From Dehalococcoidia bacterium (GTDB lineage: Bacteria; Chloroflexota; Dehalococcoidia; SZUA-161; SpSt-899): a stretch of DNA of 64,000 bases. Shown piece after piece: positions 36,203-46,034 of this stretch (its first letter is position 1; every line of letters starts with the position of its first letter). The translations under genes were made by a program, and so were the position numbers. A model generated the notes under the pieces. It was not told where the DNA came from, did not search any database, and worked only from the letters and a program-made list of their open reading frames with translations. Location: assembly GCA_046498265.1 (NCBI GenBank), contig JAWOBB010000054.1, positions 12,026 through 76,025 of the forward strand, given 5' to 3'.

Positions 36203-36881
36203 GGCTGCCCCCTGTCGAGACGGGGCTCGGATTAGTCACAATCCGCCTCGGCCTGGGGATGGGCCGCCAATTCCTGGGCGGATAGTAACGGCGCATCTTG
36301 TCCAGCTGACCCAGCCTTTCCAGCCGCTGGTAGATCAGGATCCAGGCACAATCCATTTCCGGGCTGACCTCGCACTTGCCGTTCTTGGTTCCTGCGCACG
36401 GGCCGTTGAGGATTCCCTTGGTGCAGCGGGTTATGGGGCAGATGCCGGCCGTCTCGGCCAGGCGGCAGTCACCGCAGGCGGCACACCGTTCGTCCCAGAC
36501 ACCGAATTCCTTGGTTTTTCCCAGGAATGAAGTATTCACTCCAGGAAGAACAACAGTGTCGGGAAAGTATTCGGCCAGGGTCTGAACCCCGACGCCGCAG
36601 CCCAGTGAAAGTATGGCGTTCAGCTCGCCGACCTGGTCGGCAATCAGTTCCATGAATTCCTCGTCGCACTGCCGCTTCAAAGTATGCTCGATGAAGGTAT
36701 GGGAATCTGAGCCGTTGCTTGATTCGGCAAATTGCAGGGCTTCCCGGAGGAAGGACACCTCCCTCTCACCGCCGGCGTTGCATACCGTCACGCAGGTGCC
36801 GCACCCCAGAATCATCACCTTCTCATAGGGGGCAATCATGCGCTGGATCTCATCTATGGATTTCTGTTCGACGACTATCAA
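36195..36881 (-). CDS. metV: MetV-like protein (MTHFR C-terminal-domain / zinc-finger subunit associated with MetF)
   Basis: Cys-rich 228 aa protein (ILGCGTCVTVCNAG, CAACGDCRL, CPITRC). It overlaps metF by 8 nt. Confidence 0.7.
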   Translation of the reverse strand: MIVVEQKSIDEIQRMIAPYEKVMILGCGTCVTVCNAGGEREVSFLREALQFAESSNGSDSHTFIEHTLKRQCDEEFMELIADQVGELNAILSLGCGVGVQTLAEYFPDTVVLPGVNTSFLGKTKEFGVWDERCAACGDCRLAETAGICPITRCTKGILNGPCAGTKNGKCEVSPEMDCAWILIYQRLERLGQLDKMRRYYPPRNWRPIPRPRRIVTNPSPVSTGGSHG

Positions 36882-39025
36882 CTTTCCACCTCCTTACTGA
36901 AGATTGAATCGAGATATAATTCACCTATTTTCTGAGTGAACTTATCGAGAGCGGTTACAGGATCGTCTTCAGAGGTGGCCGGTTCGAATATCTGCAGTCG
37001 CTCCCTGTTCAGGTTCAATTGTTCCAGCACTTTGTGTACCTTGGCTGTCTGCTGGTTCAGCCAGTACTCGGTATTCTCCCGGGCACACATTTCCCCGCAT
37101 CCGGCAACAAACACACCTTCGGCTCCCCCTTCAAAGGCTCGCAGGATGTGCTTTGCCTCAACCTTGGCCACGCAGAGAACCGGTACTATGTGCAGGCCGG
37201 TTCCGGCCCGCCGCCACAAACCCGAAAGTGCTCCTGTTCCATGCAGTCCATACTGGCAGCAGAAGCCGATAATCAGCGGACTGCTCTTCATTTCCGCAGC
37301 TGCCTTGATGGCGTGCTCCAGCTCTTCGGCTATATGATTTCGGTCGTAGGGCCGGCGCAGCACGATGGCTCCCGCCGGACACTCGGTGACGCATATGCCG
37401 CAGGCCTGGCACTGGTCAGCGGGAATCTGGACAGTGCCCGTCTCGTCCAGATAGGGGACATGGTAGGGGCAAACTCGCAGGCAGGTGAGACAGGTGGCAC
37501 ATTTATCCTGGAAGAGTATCTCGGCCCCCATGCCGCAGCGCAGGCATCGGCGGGCCTCCGTGACGGCGGCCGACCAGTCATAGACCATCTCCACCGGGCG
37601 GAAATCCTTTGACCTTGTTTTCGGAGGCAGTATCTTCGGTTCCAGCCGCTCGGCCTTTTTGATGTTTTCAGCCGTCCGGGAAAGCAGGTCCCCAGAGAGG
37701 ATGTTATGGTCATTTTTCTCCGGACGGGGGTAATTGTGCCGGACGTAGTCATGCATTCGATAGGCGGCCTGTCGGCCGGTGGCCAGCGCTTCGGTGACGG
37801 TCGCCGGGCCGGTGACGGCATCGCCCCCGGCAAAAACCCCGGCCCTGGTGGTGTTCAGGGTGACCGGGTCGACCTGAATGGTGCTGCCCCGGCCGATGCG
37901 CAAATTAAAATCTTCGGGAACCTGGGGGGCCTGCCCGATGGCGGTGATGAGGGTATCGAATTCCTCGACAAATTCGCTCCCCTCGATGGGCACCGGACGC
38001 CGCCGGCCGCTGGCATCCGGCTCCCCAAGCTCCATCTTGACGCAGGTAACCTCCAGATGCCCATCGGTGCCCTTTATGGCGGTCGGTGCTGTCAGATATG
38101 AAATCTCTATCTTTTCCTGAAGTGCCTGTTCGATTTCCTCGGGGTCTGCGGGCATCTCTTCGCGGCTGCGCCGATAGAGGATGGCAACCTTCTTTGCACC
38201 CAGCCTGACCGCGGTGCGGGCGGCATCGATGGCCACGTTCCCGCCGCCAATCACCGCCACTTTGTTCCCCAGTCTGGGCTTGAGCCCCAGGTTCACCTCC
38301 CTCAGGAAAGTGGCCCCATCGATTACCCCGGCGCTGTCCTCCCCCTCGATTCCCAGCCTCAGACTCTGATGAGCGCCGATGGTCAGGAAGATGGCCTTGT
38401 AGCCCATCTCGGAGAGGAGGTCGATGGAGACTACCCGGGTATTCGTCCTGATCTCCACTCCCATCTGGACGAGGCGCTGAATCTCGGTATCGAGCACTTC
38501 CCGGGGTAGCCGATATTGCGGGATTCCCACCCGCAGCATCCCCCCCATTTCCAGGTATGCCTCAAAGATGGTCACCGGGTATCCCAGCTTGCGAAGGTAG
38601 TAAGCACAGCCAAGGCCGGCCGGGCCGGAACCCACCACCCCCATCTTCTCCTCATAAATTGTCTCCGCTTCAAGCTCGATCATGCGGTCTCCCCCGAAAT
38701 CCACCGCAAACCGCTTGAGCGCCCGGATGGCCAGCGGCTTGTCCACCTGGGCACGGCGGCAGTTATTCTCACAGGGATGGGTGCAAACATATGCACAAAT
38801 TGATGGGAAAGGATTGCCGTCCCTGATTACCTTGAGGGCCTCCATCACTTTCCCCTGGGCAATAAGGTCAATGTATTCCCTGATTTCCATCTGCAGCGGG
38901 CAGGCGGCCTGGCATGGAGGCATCAGGCTGTGATCGAAAGCTGCCTGTTTTACCTGAGGTTGCGAGGATTTAGGAATCGCCTTACCATCTATCCCGGATG
39001 CCGGCATAGTCTCCTCCTTACTCAC
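36878..39025 (-). CDS. Fusion oxidoreductase: GltD/SudA-like NAD(P)H:FAD domain plus 2x[4Fe-4S] ferredoxin plus MvhD (FlpD)-like domain
   Basis: N-terminal CPLQMEI...CAYVCTHPCENNC and GVVGSGPAGLGCAYYL (GltD-like). C-terminal CLRCGMGAE, CQACGICVTECP ferredoxin motifs, then IIGFCCQYG...CGEMCAREN (MvhD-like). It overlaps metV by 4 nt. Confidence 0.8.
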   Translation of the reverse strand: MSKEETMPASGIDGKAIPKSSQPQVKQAAFDHSLMPPCQAACPLQMEIREYIDLIAQGKVMEALKVIRDGNPFPSICAYVCTHPCENNCRRAQVDKPLAIRALKRFAVDFGGDRMIELEAETIYEEKMGVVGSGPAGLGCAYYLRKLGYPVTIFEAYLEMGGMLRVGIPQYRLPREVLDTEIQRLVQMGVEIRTNTRVVSIDLLSEMGYKAIFLTIGAHQSLRLGIEGEDSAGVIDGATFLREVNLGLKPRLGNKVAVIGGGNVAIDAARTAVRLGAKKVAILYRRSREEMPADPEEIEQALQEKIEISYLTAPTAIKGTDGHLEVTCVKMELGEPDASGRRRPVPIEGSEFVEEFDTLITAIGQAPQVPEDFNLRIGRGSTIQVDPVTLNTTRAGVFAGGDAVTGPATVTEALATGRQAAYRMHDYVRHNYPRPEKNDHNILSGDLLSRTAENIKKAERLEPKILPPKTRSKDFRPVEMVYDWSAAVTEARRCLRCGMGAEILFQDKCATCLTCLRVCPYHVPYLDETGTVQIPADQCQACGICVTECPAGAIVLRRPYDRNHIAEELEHAIKAAAEMKSSPLIIGFCCQYGLHGTGALSGLWRRAGTGLHIVPVLCVAKVEAKHILRAFEGGAEGVFVAGCGEMCARENTEYWLNQQTAKVHKVLEQLNLNRERLQIFEPATSEDDPVTALDKFTQKIGELYLDSIFSKEVES

Positions 39026-39175
39026 GTGGCTGATTTAAGTAGGGAGAATAATATCATGAGAGTAGTATCGGTACCATTGGGTAAGATACGGGGGGAAGAG
39101 TAACCGTTATTTTACGGTAATTGCCGGCTTTTTCTGGCGTGTTTTGCAGGGTGGAATACAGGGGGAGGAACGGGC

Positions 39176-39829
39176 TCACATAGTGATAATTCCACGGCGC
39201 AAGGCAAACTTGATGAGATCGGTTCGGTTGTGGATATCCAGTTTCTGCATCAGGCTGGTCTTGTAGGATTCGGCGGTGCGGATGCTGATTACGAGTATAT
39301 CGGCTATCTCCCTGGCTGTATATCCTTCGGCAACCAGCTTGAGCACTTCGCGTTCACGGTCGGTCAGTTGCTCATAAGGGTCCTTCTCGTGTCCGTTGAT
39401 CAGGTATTGCTGGCGCTCTTCGATCAGCACCGAGGCGGCAGTCGCCGAAAGATAGGAGCCGCCATTAGCAACAGTATTGATTGCCGAACTCAATTCCGAG
39501 AAGGCCGCCATTTTGCTGATAAATCCTCGTGCACCTGCCTCGATGATGGGAACGATATAGTCCCTGTCATCATACTGGGTAAGAGCCAGCACATTCACGT
39601 CGGGGAATTCCTTGCGGATGCGCCGGGTAGCTTCGAGTCCGCCCATGATGGGCATGGCCAGGTCCATCAGAACCAGGTTAGGGCCGAATTCCCTGACCTT
39701 ATCGATGGCCTCCATGCCGTTAGAAGCCTCCCCGATCACCTCGATGTTGGTGGCCAGGGCCAGCAGGGCACGGACGCCATCCCTCACCAGCGTATGGTCA
39801 TCAACTATCAATACTTTCGTCATGACCAT
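39176..39829 (-). CDS. NarL/FixJ-family response regulator (REC plus LuxR HTH)
   Basis: VLIVDDH...D...MP receiver and a C-terminal REREVLKLVAEGYTAREIADILVISIRTAESY LuxR HTH. Confidence 0.85.
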   Translation of the reverse strand: MVMTKVLIVDDHTLVRDGVRALLALATNIEVIGEASNGMEAIDKVREFGPNLVLMDLAMPIMGGLEATRRIRKEFPDVNVLALTQYDDRDYIVPIIEAGARGFISKMAAFSELSSAINTVANGGSYLSATAASVLIEERQQYLINGHEKDPYEQLTDREREVLKLVAEGYTAREIADILVISIRTAESYKTSLMQKLDIHNRTDLIKFALRRGIITM

Positions 39830-41471
39830 TAACCATATCCTCCTGCCGGAGAGGAATTCTGACTATGACCTCAGTTCCCTTTCCGGGACTTGAATTGACG
39901 CTGCCAGTCCCCCCGACCAGTTGGGCCCTTTCCTTCATTATGAAAAGGCCCGCTCCCCGACCGCTTTTGTCCACCCTGGTAATCTCGGAAGGTTCAAAGC
40001 CCTTGCCGTTATCCGTGATATTCATGAGGCAGTCTTTATCGGTGACCTCCAGTTTAATATGGACATGTTTTGCCTCGGCATGTTCCCGAATATTCCCGAT
40101 AACCCCCTGGGAAATGCGAAACATGGTCACCTCCACTTCCGAAGGTGCGGCATGCTCTTCCGTGCCAATAAACTCCGTTTCCACCTCGATACCTAAGGGC
40201 TCAAGTGTATCCCTGGCATACCGATTGATCGCTGCGGCCATACCAAGCTCATCGAGCAAAGTAGGCCGCAGTTCCTTCATCATCCTCACGATCTCCTGAC
40301 CGGCATGGGCAGCCATTCGCTGTGTCCTGTCGAACATGTTGGTAAACTCATCGTCAACGATTCCCCGCGCTTCCGCCATCGAGCGCAACGCCTGGATATT
40401 CAAAGTCAGGCTGGTGATAACCTGGCTGGTCTCGTCATGCAGTTCCCGGGCGATCCTTTTGCGGGCTTCTTCCTGAGCCGTCAGCGAATACTGCAGGAGA
40501 GTCTTGTATCTTTCCCTGGCCCGGTCCAGCCTCTGGTACAATTTTGCCTGCTCGATGGCGGTGCCGACCTGATAGCCGATCGAATCCAGAAGGTAGAGAT
40601 CATCGGCGCCGAACTGGCCGGTTTCATGGCTGGCCACATTCATTACCCCCACGACCTTTTCCTTGGATTTAAGGGGAACGCTGGCAAACCCCTTCAACCC
40701 TTCCGTGCTGATCAGGTCCGAATAAGCGGTTCGGGGATCACTGGAGACATCCTCTACCAGGGTAGGGGTGCCACTGGCCGCCACCCTTCCGGCAATCCCC
40801 TCCCCCAGGGTCAATTTGACCTGCTCTACGTATTTTGCCGATAAACCCCGGTGCACCTGGTAACGCAGCGTTTGTGAAGCCTCATCGAGGAGAAGTATTC
40901 CCCCGATGGTTCCATCTATGATCTCCAGCACCCCGTCGAGCGATACTCTCAGGATGGCATCCAGGTCCCACAATCCGCTCACCGCGCTGGAAATCCGGTT
41001 CAGGGCTTGCAGGTGATGGTGCTGGCGGAGGATATAGCTTTCCAGTCCCCTTTCGGCAGAGACGTCCCTTCTTGTTTCCGTGAAACCATTGATGTTGCCC
41101 TCGCCATCCAGCAGGGGATACATGATGATTTCCACGTACCTTTTGGGGGCCGCATGACTGCCGGGTGAGTAATCGAGGTGAATTATTCTGGCCGGATTGC
41201 CGCTCTGCAGGACCTTGTTCAGGGGGCATTTCCACAAGGGATGGGCACAGGGGGTAGGGCGGTTCTCAAAAGTTTCGTAACAGTGTTTCCCCAGGTAATC
41301 CTGTTTATCCGGGGCCAGCCTTTGCCGCATTACCATATTGGCGAAGTGGACCCGGCGATCTTTATCAATGACCAGCAGGCCATCTTCCCCGAAGTCGGCC
41401 AATTGCTCCGGATTTATCTCAAACGCGCCGGGCTTATCATCTTTGAGCGCCTCTTTTCCCTTATGACCCAT
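39801..41471 (-). CDS. Sensor histidine kinase (PAS-GAF-HisKA_3-HATPase_c)
   Basis: HisKA_3 H-box (ELHDETSQVITSL), N and G boxes (GRGAGLFIMKERA), and an upstream GAF-like region. It overlaps the response regulator start. Confidence 0.85.
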   Translation of the reverse strand: MGHKGKEALKDDKPGAFEINPEQLADFGEDGLLVIDKDRRVHFANMVMRQRLAPDKQDYLGKHCYETFENRPTPCAHPLWKCPLNKVLQSGNPARIIHLDYSPGSHAAPKRYVEIIMYPLLDGEGNINGFTETRRDVSAERGLESYILRQHHHLQALNRISSAVSGLWDLDAILRVSLDGVLEIIDGTIGGILLLDEASQTLRYQVHRGLSAKYVEQVKLTLGEGIAGRVAASGTPTLVEDVSSDPRTAYSDLISTEGLKGFASVPLKSKEKVVGVMNVASHETGQFGADDLYLLDSIGYQVGTAIEQAKLYQRLDRARERYKTLLQYSLTAQEEARKRIARELHDETSQVITSLTLNIQALRSMAEARGIVDDEFTNMFDRTQRMAAHAGQEIVRMMKELRPTLLDELGMAAAINRYARDTLEPLGIEVETEFIGTEEHAAPSEVEVTMFRISQGVIGNIREHAEAKHVHIKLEVTDKDCLMNITDNGKGFEPSEITRVDKSGRGAGLFIMKERAQLVGGTGSVNSSPGKGTEVIVRIPLRQEDMVNGHDESIDS

Positions 41472-41631
41472 TTTTACCTCCCCGGATTAAGGAAGTCCCC
41501 CCGGTATCTCAACGGGATCAACAGGGCCGTTCCACCTGTATTTTGTGTGGTAGGATTATGATTATACCGCATATTTACGGTATGTCAATGAGTAGAAATA
41601 CGGGGATAACAACGCGGGAGATGCGGCAGGA

Positions 41632-43155
41632 CTAAATTATCTGCTTGAGTCTTGGATTGGGGGTGATGCCGGGGGTGCGGCCCCTCTTGGCAAGGGGTTT
41701 CCCATCGACTTCATGGATATCCGCCGTGAAATCGATGGGCCTGGCCCCGCTGATGTAGCTGCCTACGGCGAAGGTATCCACAGGGGCATTGCTTTCCACG
41801 AATTGCCTGATGCGCTCCGGATTCATACCCCCACTGATGTAGATTTTGACATCCCTGAACCCGGCTTCATCCAGCCTTGCCCGCGTCTCCTGCACCAGCT
41901 CCACGGTGACCCCACCCAGTTCGGAAGGGGTATCCAGCCTCACGGCCTCAAGCCTGCCACCCATTTCTTTAGCCACGATGACACTCTCTTCAGGTTCGTA
42001 GCGGAAGGTATCCACCAGGGCTACCCTCGATATGTCTGCTGGCATGTTTTTATCGAAGGCGAGCGTGGCCCTGGCCGTATCGCCCATCGCCAGGATGAGA
42101 GCATGGGGGATGGTGCCGATCGGTTCGGTTCCGGCCAGTCTGGCTCCGGCGGTACTGGCACAGCCTATGCAGCCGCCCACGATGGCAGCGTATTCCATCA
42201 CTCCGGCGGAAGAAGGATGCACATGGCGGGCCCCGAAGCTGAGCACCGGGATACCCTGCGCCGCATCAACGCACTCGCGTGCGGCGGTGGCCCAGGCGCA
42301 GCAACTGGCGAGGATGCCCAGATAGGCGGTTTCGTAGACTACGAAACTTTGCAGCGGGGCGGTTATGCGCAACACCACTTCTCTGGGCCGGAAGAGTTCC
42401 TCTTCGGAGAGGGCCCAGACCTCCCGATTTCCCTCGGGGAGCACTTTGTTGAGCAGGGTCATTACCTCGTTCATGCCGCAGATAATCCCCTCTCTCCTGG
42501 AAAATACTTCCATAGTGCAAACCGGATTCAAATCCTCTTTTTCCAGTATTTCTCTGGAGCGAACGAAGTAAATATCGGCGGTTTCCCCGGAAATGACAGC
42601 CCGGGGTATCGTGAACCTGCCCTGCTCGCTTTGCTCCCTGTGAGTCAGCACAGCGCCCAGGACATTCTCAAGGTGACTTAAGGCAAAACGATGAGCATCC
42701 TCGTCAAACGAAGCTACGCAATCGACCGGCACCTCTACGTCGTACCCCCGGTTTCTGGCATCGGCTACCGTGTGCATAACGCAGATATCGGTACAAACTC
42801 CACAGACAATGAGCTTTTCCGGGGATATCTCAGCGAGCTTCTCATCCAGAGTGCTGTCGTAGAAACCGCTGTAATGTCTGGTAGGGACGATCTCCCCGGC
42901 AAATTCGGCAAGCTCGGGGATTATCCCGGTCTCCTCGGTACCGATGATACAGTGAGGGGGAAACATCTCGAATTCGGGGTCGTCTGGCGTGTGGTTATCG
43001 CAGCTGTAGATAATCCGGCTGCCACGAGCCGTTTCCTCTTCCAGCAACTTGTGGACGCTGGGAATTATGCGGCGGGCCCCCTCACCGCAATAGAGGGGAT
43101 GACCTTCCTCCAGGAAGCCGCGGAGCATATCGATTACCAGGACTACGTCAGCCAT
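41632..43155 (-). CDS. Fusion protein: isochorismatase-family nicotinamidase (PncA-like) plus nicotinate phosphoribosyltransferase (PncB-like)
   Basis: N-terminal VVLVIDMLRGF...CGVCTDICV cysteine-hydrolase motifs. The C-terminal about 330 aa shows a NAPRTase-like pattern (GTIPHALILAMGDT...). Confidence 0.8.
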   Translation of the reverse strand: MADVVLVIDMLRGFLEEGHPLYCGEGARRIIPSVHKLLEEETARGSRIIYSCDNHTPDDPEFEMFPPHCIIGTEETGIIPELAEFAGEIVPTRHYSGFYDSTLDEKLAEISPEKLIVCGVCTDICVMHTVADARNRGYDVEVPVDCVASFDEDAHRFALSHLENVLGAVLTHREQSEQGRFTIPRAVISGETADIYFVRSREILEKEDLNPVCTMEVFSRREGIICGMNEVMTLLNKVLPEGNREVWALSEEELFRPREVVLRITAPLQSFVVYETAYLGILASCCAWATAARECVDAAQGIPVLSFGARHVHPSSAGVMEYAAIVGGCIGCASTAGARLAGTEPIGTIPHALILAMGDTARATLAFDKNMPADISRVALVDTFRYEPEESVIVAKEMGGRLEAVRLDTPSELGGVTVELVQETRARLDEAGFRDVKIYISGGMNPERIRQFVESNAPVDTFAVGSYISGARPIDFTADIHEVDGKPLAKRGRTPGITPNPRLKQII

Positions 43156-43165
43156 GAGCTTCCTT

Positions 43166-44407
43166 CTATGAGGTGATACCCGGGGTCGAGAAGCGAAGAT
43201 TCATTTCATTCACTTCATCACGTGCCTGTTGATGAACTTTTTCATCGTCGATATTAGCGATAACCCTGGTGATTATGCGGGCAATTTGTCTGACTTCATC
43301 GACCCCGAACCCGCGGGTGGTGATGGCCGGCGTTCCCAGCCTGATGCCGCTGGTGATACTGGCCGGTTTGGGGTCGAAGGGGATGGCGTTCTTGTTGACG
43401 GTGATATTCACGCCGCTCAGCGCCGATTCGGCATCCTGGCCGGTCACTCCGGTAGGTGTAAGGTCCACCATTACCAGGTGCTTATCGGTGCCTCCTGTGA
43501 TTACACTTAATCCCTGAGCCATCAATTCATCTGCCAGTGCCCGGGCGTTCTCCAGTATAGCCTTTTGATAGACCACGAAGTCCGGATGGTCCGCCTCCTT
43601 GAAGGCAGCCGCCTTGGCAGCGACGATGTGCATCAACGGGCCGCCCTGCAGTCCGGGGAACACCGCCTTATCTATGGCGGCGGCATATTTGGCCGGGCAT
43701 AGAATAAGCCCCCCGCGGGGCCCGCGCAGGGTCTTGTGGGTGGTGGAGGTAATCACATCGGCATAGGGTACTGGTGACGGATATACTTTTGCAGCGATCA
43801 GTCCGGCCACATGGGCCATATCGACAATAAGTTTAGCCCCCACCTTATCAGCTATTTCCCTGAATTGCTCATAATCCAGGATTCTGGGATAAGAGCTGGA
43901 GCCGACTATGATTAATCTGGGTTCGTTCTCGACGGCGATCTTTTCCACTTCATCATAATCGATCCACCCGGTCTGGCGGCTGACACCGTAGAAAATGGGC
44001 TTGTAGAGCTTACTGGAAAAGCTGACCGCGCTGCCGTGGGTAAGATGCCCGCCATGGGCCAGGTTCATGCCCATAAAGGCATCGCCGTAGTCAAGCAAAG
44101 TCATATAGGCGGCCATATTGGCGGTAGAGCCGCTGACCACCTGAACATTGGCGTGATCTGCGCCGAATAGTTTCTTTGCCCGCTCGATGGCCAGCGCCTC
44201 GGCGCGATCGATATGCTCACAGCCTCCGTAGTAACGCTTACCGGGATATCCCTCGGCATACTTATTGGTGAGAACGGAACCCTGAGCTTCGAGCACATCC
44301 TTGCTGGTATAATTCTCAGACGCAATGAGGTTGACGTTGTTGCACTGCCGTTCCTCTTCGTCTTTAATGATTGAGGCAATTTCGGGGTCGATTTCATTAA
44401 GGGACAT
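43166..44407 (-). CDS. glyA: Serine hydroxymethyltransferase
   Basis: [26 protein letters not shown], and [15 protein letters not shown]-lysine motif. Confidence 0.95.
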   Translation of the reverse strand: MSLNEIDPEIASIIKDEEERQCNNVNLIASENYTSKDVLEAQGSVLTNKYAEGYPGKRYYGGCEHIDRAEALAIERAKKLFGADHANVQVVSGSTANMAAYMTLLDYGDAFMGMNLAHGGHLTHGSAVSFSSKLYKPIFYGVSRQTGWIDYDEVEKIAVENEPRLIIVGSSSYPRILDYEQFREIADKVGAKLIVDMAHVAGLIAAKVYPSPVPYADVITSTTHKTLRGPRGGLILCPAKYAAAIDKAVFPGLQGGPLMHIVAAKAAAFKEADHPDFVVYQKAILENARALADELMAQGLSVITGGTDKHLVMVDLTPTGVTGQDAESALSGVNITVNKNAIPFDPKPASITSGIRLGTPAITTRGFGVDEVRQIARIITRVIANIDDEKVHQQARDEVNEMNLRFSTPGITS

Positions 44408-44440
44408 GGAACTTCCTCAACAGCAGCGATGACAAAGGAT

Positions 44441-44470
44441 ACTATACATTTCTCCGATTCGGGCTGTCAA
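44441..44470 (-). promoter_or_regulatory. Putative glyA promoter (TTGACA-18-TATAGT on the minus strand)
   Basis: Hexamers read on the reverse complement, about 40 nt upstream of the glyA ATG. A GAGGAAG RBS follows. Confidence 0.45.
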
Positions 44471-44604
44471 CAAAGAAGGTAATGCTGAATAATAAGACAA
44501 GCTGTGCCGATGAAGGATCGCGGCCCTGGAAGGAAGAGCGAAAGTGCCCCTTTAATCCGCAGCAAATGCTGACAGCTTGTTTACAGCCACGCCCGCCGGG
44601 GTAA

Positions 44605-45255
44605 TCAGGCGGAATCCAGTTCCTCGATATTGCCGGTCACCACGAAGGTCACCCGTTCACAGATATTAGTCACCCGATCGGCAATGCGTTCCAGCTTGTG
44701 GGCCACCCAGATAAGCCTTGTTTCTATATTGGGGTCCTCTGCCATCCGGGCAAAGCACTGCTGCAGGACATTATGATAAAGCTCATCTATTTCATCATCA
44801 CGCCGGGCGATTTCCCTAGCCTTTTCGGCATCCCTGTTAAGGAGCGATTTCAGACTGTCCTGGAGCATGCCGATGCCTATCTCCGCCATGCGGGGGATAT
44901 CCATCAGCGACTTTACGGGGCGGTCATCGCTCAGCAGCAGGGTTATTTCAGCTATCCCCGAAGCATAGTCACCGATCCTTTCCAGGTCGGTGGCCAGGTG
45001 AATGGCGCTCACGATAGTGCGAAGGTCCCTGGCCATGGGCTGCTGGGTGGCAATGAGACGAATGCAGCTTTCCTCGATTTCAAACCTCCTCCGGTTGACC
45101 TTTTCATCATCTTCAATAACCTGTTCCGCCTGTTCCATGGAGCAGTTCTTGAGTGAGTCTACGGCACGGGCGATGGCCTTCTCGGCCATACTGCCCATAA
45201 CGATCACATCGCCAATCAGATCATCGAGCTCCTGATGGAAGGTTTCCCTGGCCAT
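44605..45255 (-). CDS. phoU: Phosphate signalling complex protein PhoU
   Basis: Two PhoU repeats. 216 aa. Confidence 0.9.
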   Translation of the reverse strand: MARETFHQELDDLIGDVIVMGSMAEKAIARAVDSLKNCSMEQAEQVIEDDEKVNRRRFEIEESCIRLIATQQPMARDLRTIVSAIHLATDLERIGDYASGIAEITLLLSDDRPVKSLMDIPRMAEIGIGMLQDSLKSLLNRDAEKAREIARRDDEIDELYHNVLQQCFARMAEDPNIETRLIWVAHKLERIADRVTNICERVTFVVTGNIEELDSA

Positions 45256-45266
45256 ATTACACCTCC

Positions 45267-46022
45267 TTATCCGAAACGACCCGTAATATAATCTTCCGTC
45301 CGCCTATCGCCGGGGCGGGAAAACAGCTCCTCGGTCAAGCCGCACTCCACCAGTTCGCCCATCAGAAAGAATCCGGTTCTATCGGATACCCGGGCGGCCT
45401 GCTGCATATTATGGGTAACGATAACAATTGTGTAGCGTTTTTTCAAATCCTGCATCAGTTCCTCAATCTTGAGCGTGGCGATGGGGTCGAGCGCCGAGCA
45501 GGGTTCGTCCATCAGGATGACCTCCGGCTCCACCGCCAGTACCCGGGCAATGCAGAGCCGCTGCTGCTGTCCGCCGGAAATCGAGAGGCCCGATTTCTTC
45601 AAATCATCTTTGACCTCGTCCCACAAGGCGGCGGACCTCAAGCTCTTCTCCACGATCTCGGCCAGTTGAGCTCGATTGCTGATGCCCAGCCGCCTGGGGC
45701 CGAAAGCCACATTTTCGAAAATCGATTTGGGAAACGGATTCGGCTGCTGGAAAACCATTCCCACCCTCTTGCGCAGCTGGACGACATCAACCTTAGGGTC
45801 ATAGATATCGGTGCTATCCAGCAGAACCTTACCCTCCAGGCGGGTTTTGGGAATGGTGTCGTTCATCCGGTTAAGGCACCGCAGGAAAGTGGACTTGCCG
45901 CACCCGGAGGGGCCGATCAGGGCGGTAATCTGATTCGGATTAACCGCCAGGGATATATTGGTAAGAGCCTGCACCTGGTCGTAATAAAAATTTATATTTT
46001 TTGCTGAGATTTTTTCATTCAT
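45267..46022 (-). CDS. pstB: Phosphate ABC transporter ATP-binding protein
   Basis: Walker [19 protein letters not shown] signature, and PstB-like ends. Confidence 0.95.
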   Translation of the reverse strand: MNEKISAKNINFYYDQVQALTNISLAVNPNQITALIGPSGCGKSTFLRCLNRMNDTIPKTRLEGKVLLDSTDIYDPKVDVVQLRKRVGMVFQQPNPFPKSIFENVAFGPRRLGISNRAQLAEIVEKSLRSAALWDEVKDDLKKSGLSISGGQQQRLCIARVLAVEPEVILMDEPCSALDPIATLKIEELMQDLKKRYTIVIVTHNMQQAARVSDRTGFFLMGELVECGLTEELFSRPGDRRTEDYITGRFG

Positions 46023-46034
46023 GATCGACCTCCA

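Noticed and set aside
44408-44604. ZTP (pfl) or other riboswitch in the long glyA upstream spacer
   Set aside because: Reading the reverse complement shows a plain TTGACA-18-TATAGT promoter about 40 nt from the ATG, with a short leader. The remaining upstream sequence lacks the conserved ZTP pseudoknot motifs and is better explained as the phoU 3' region.
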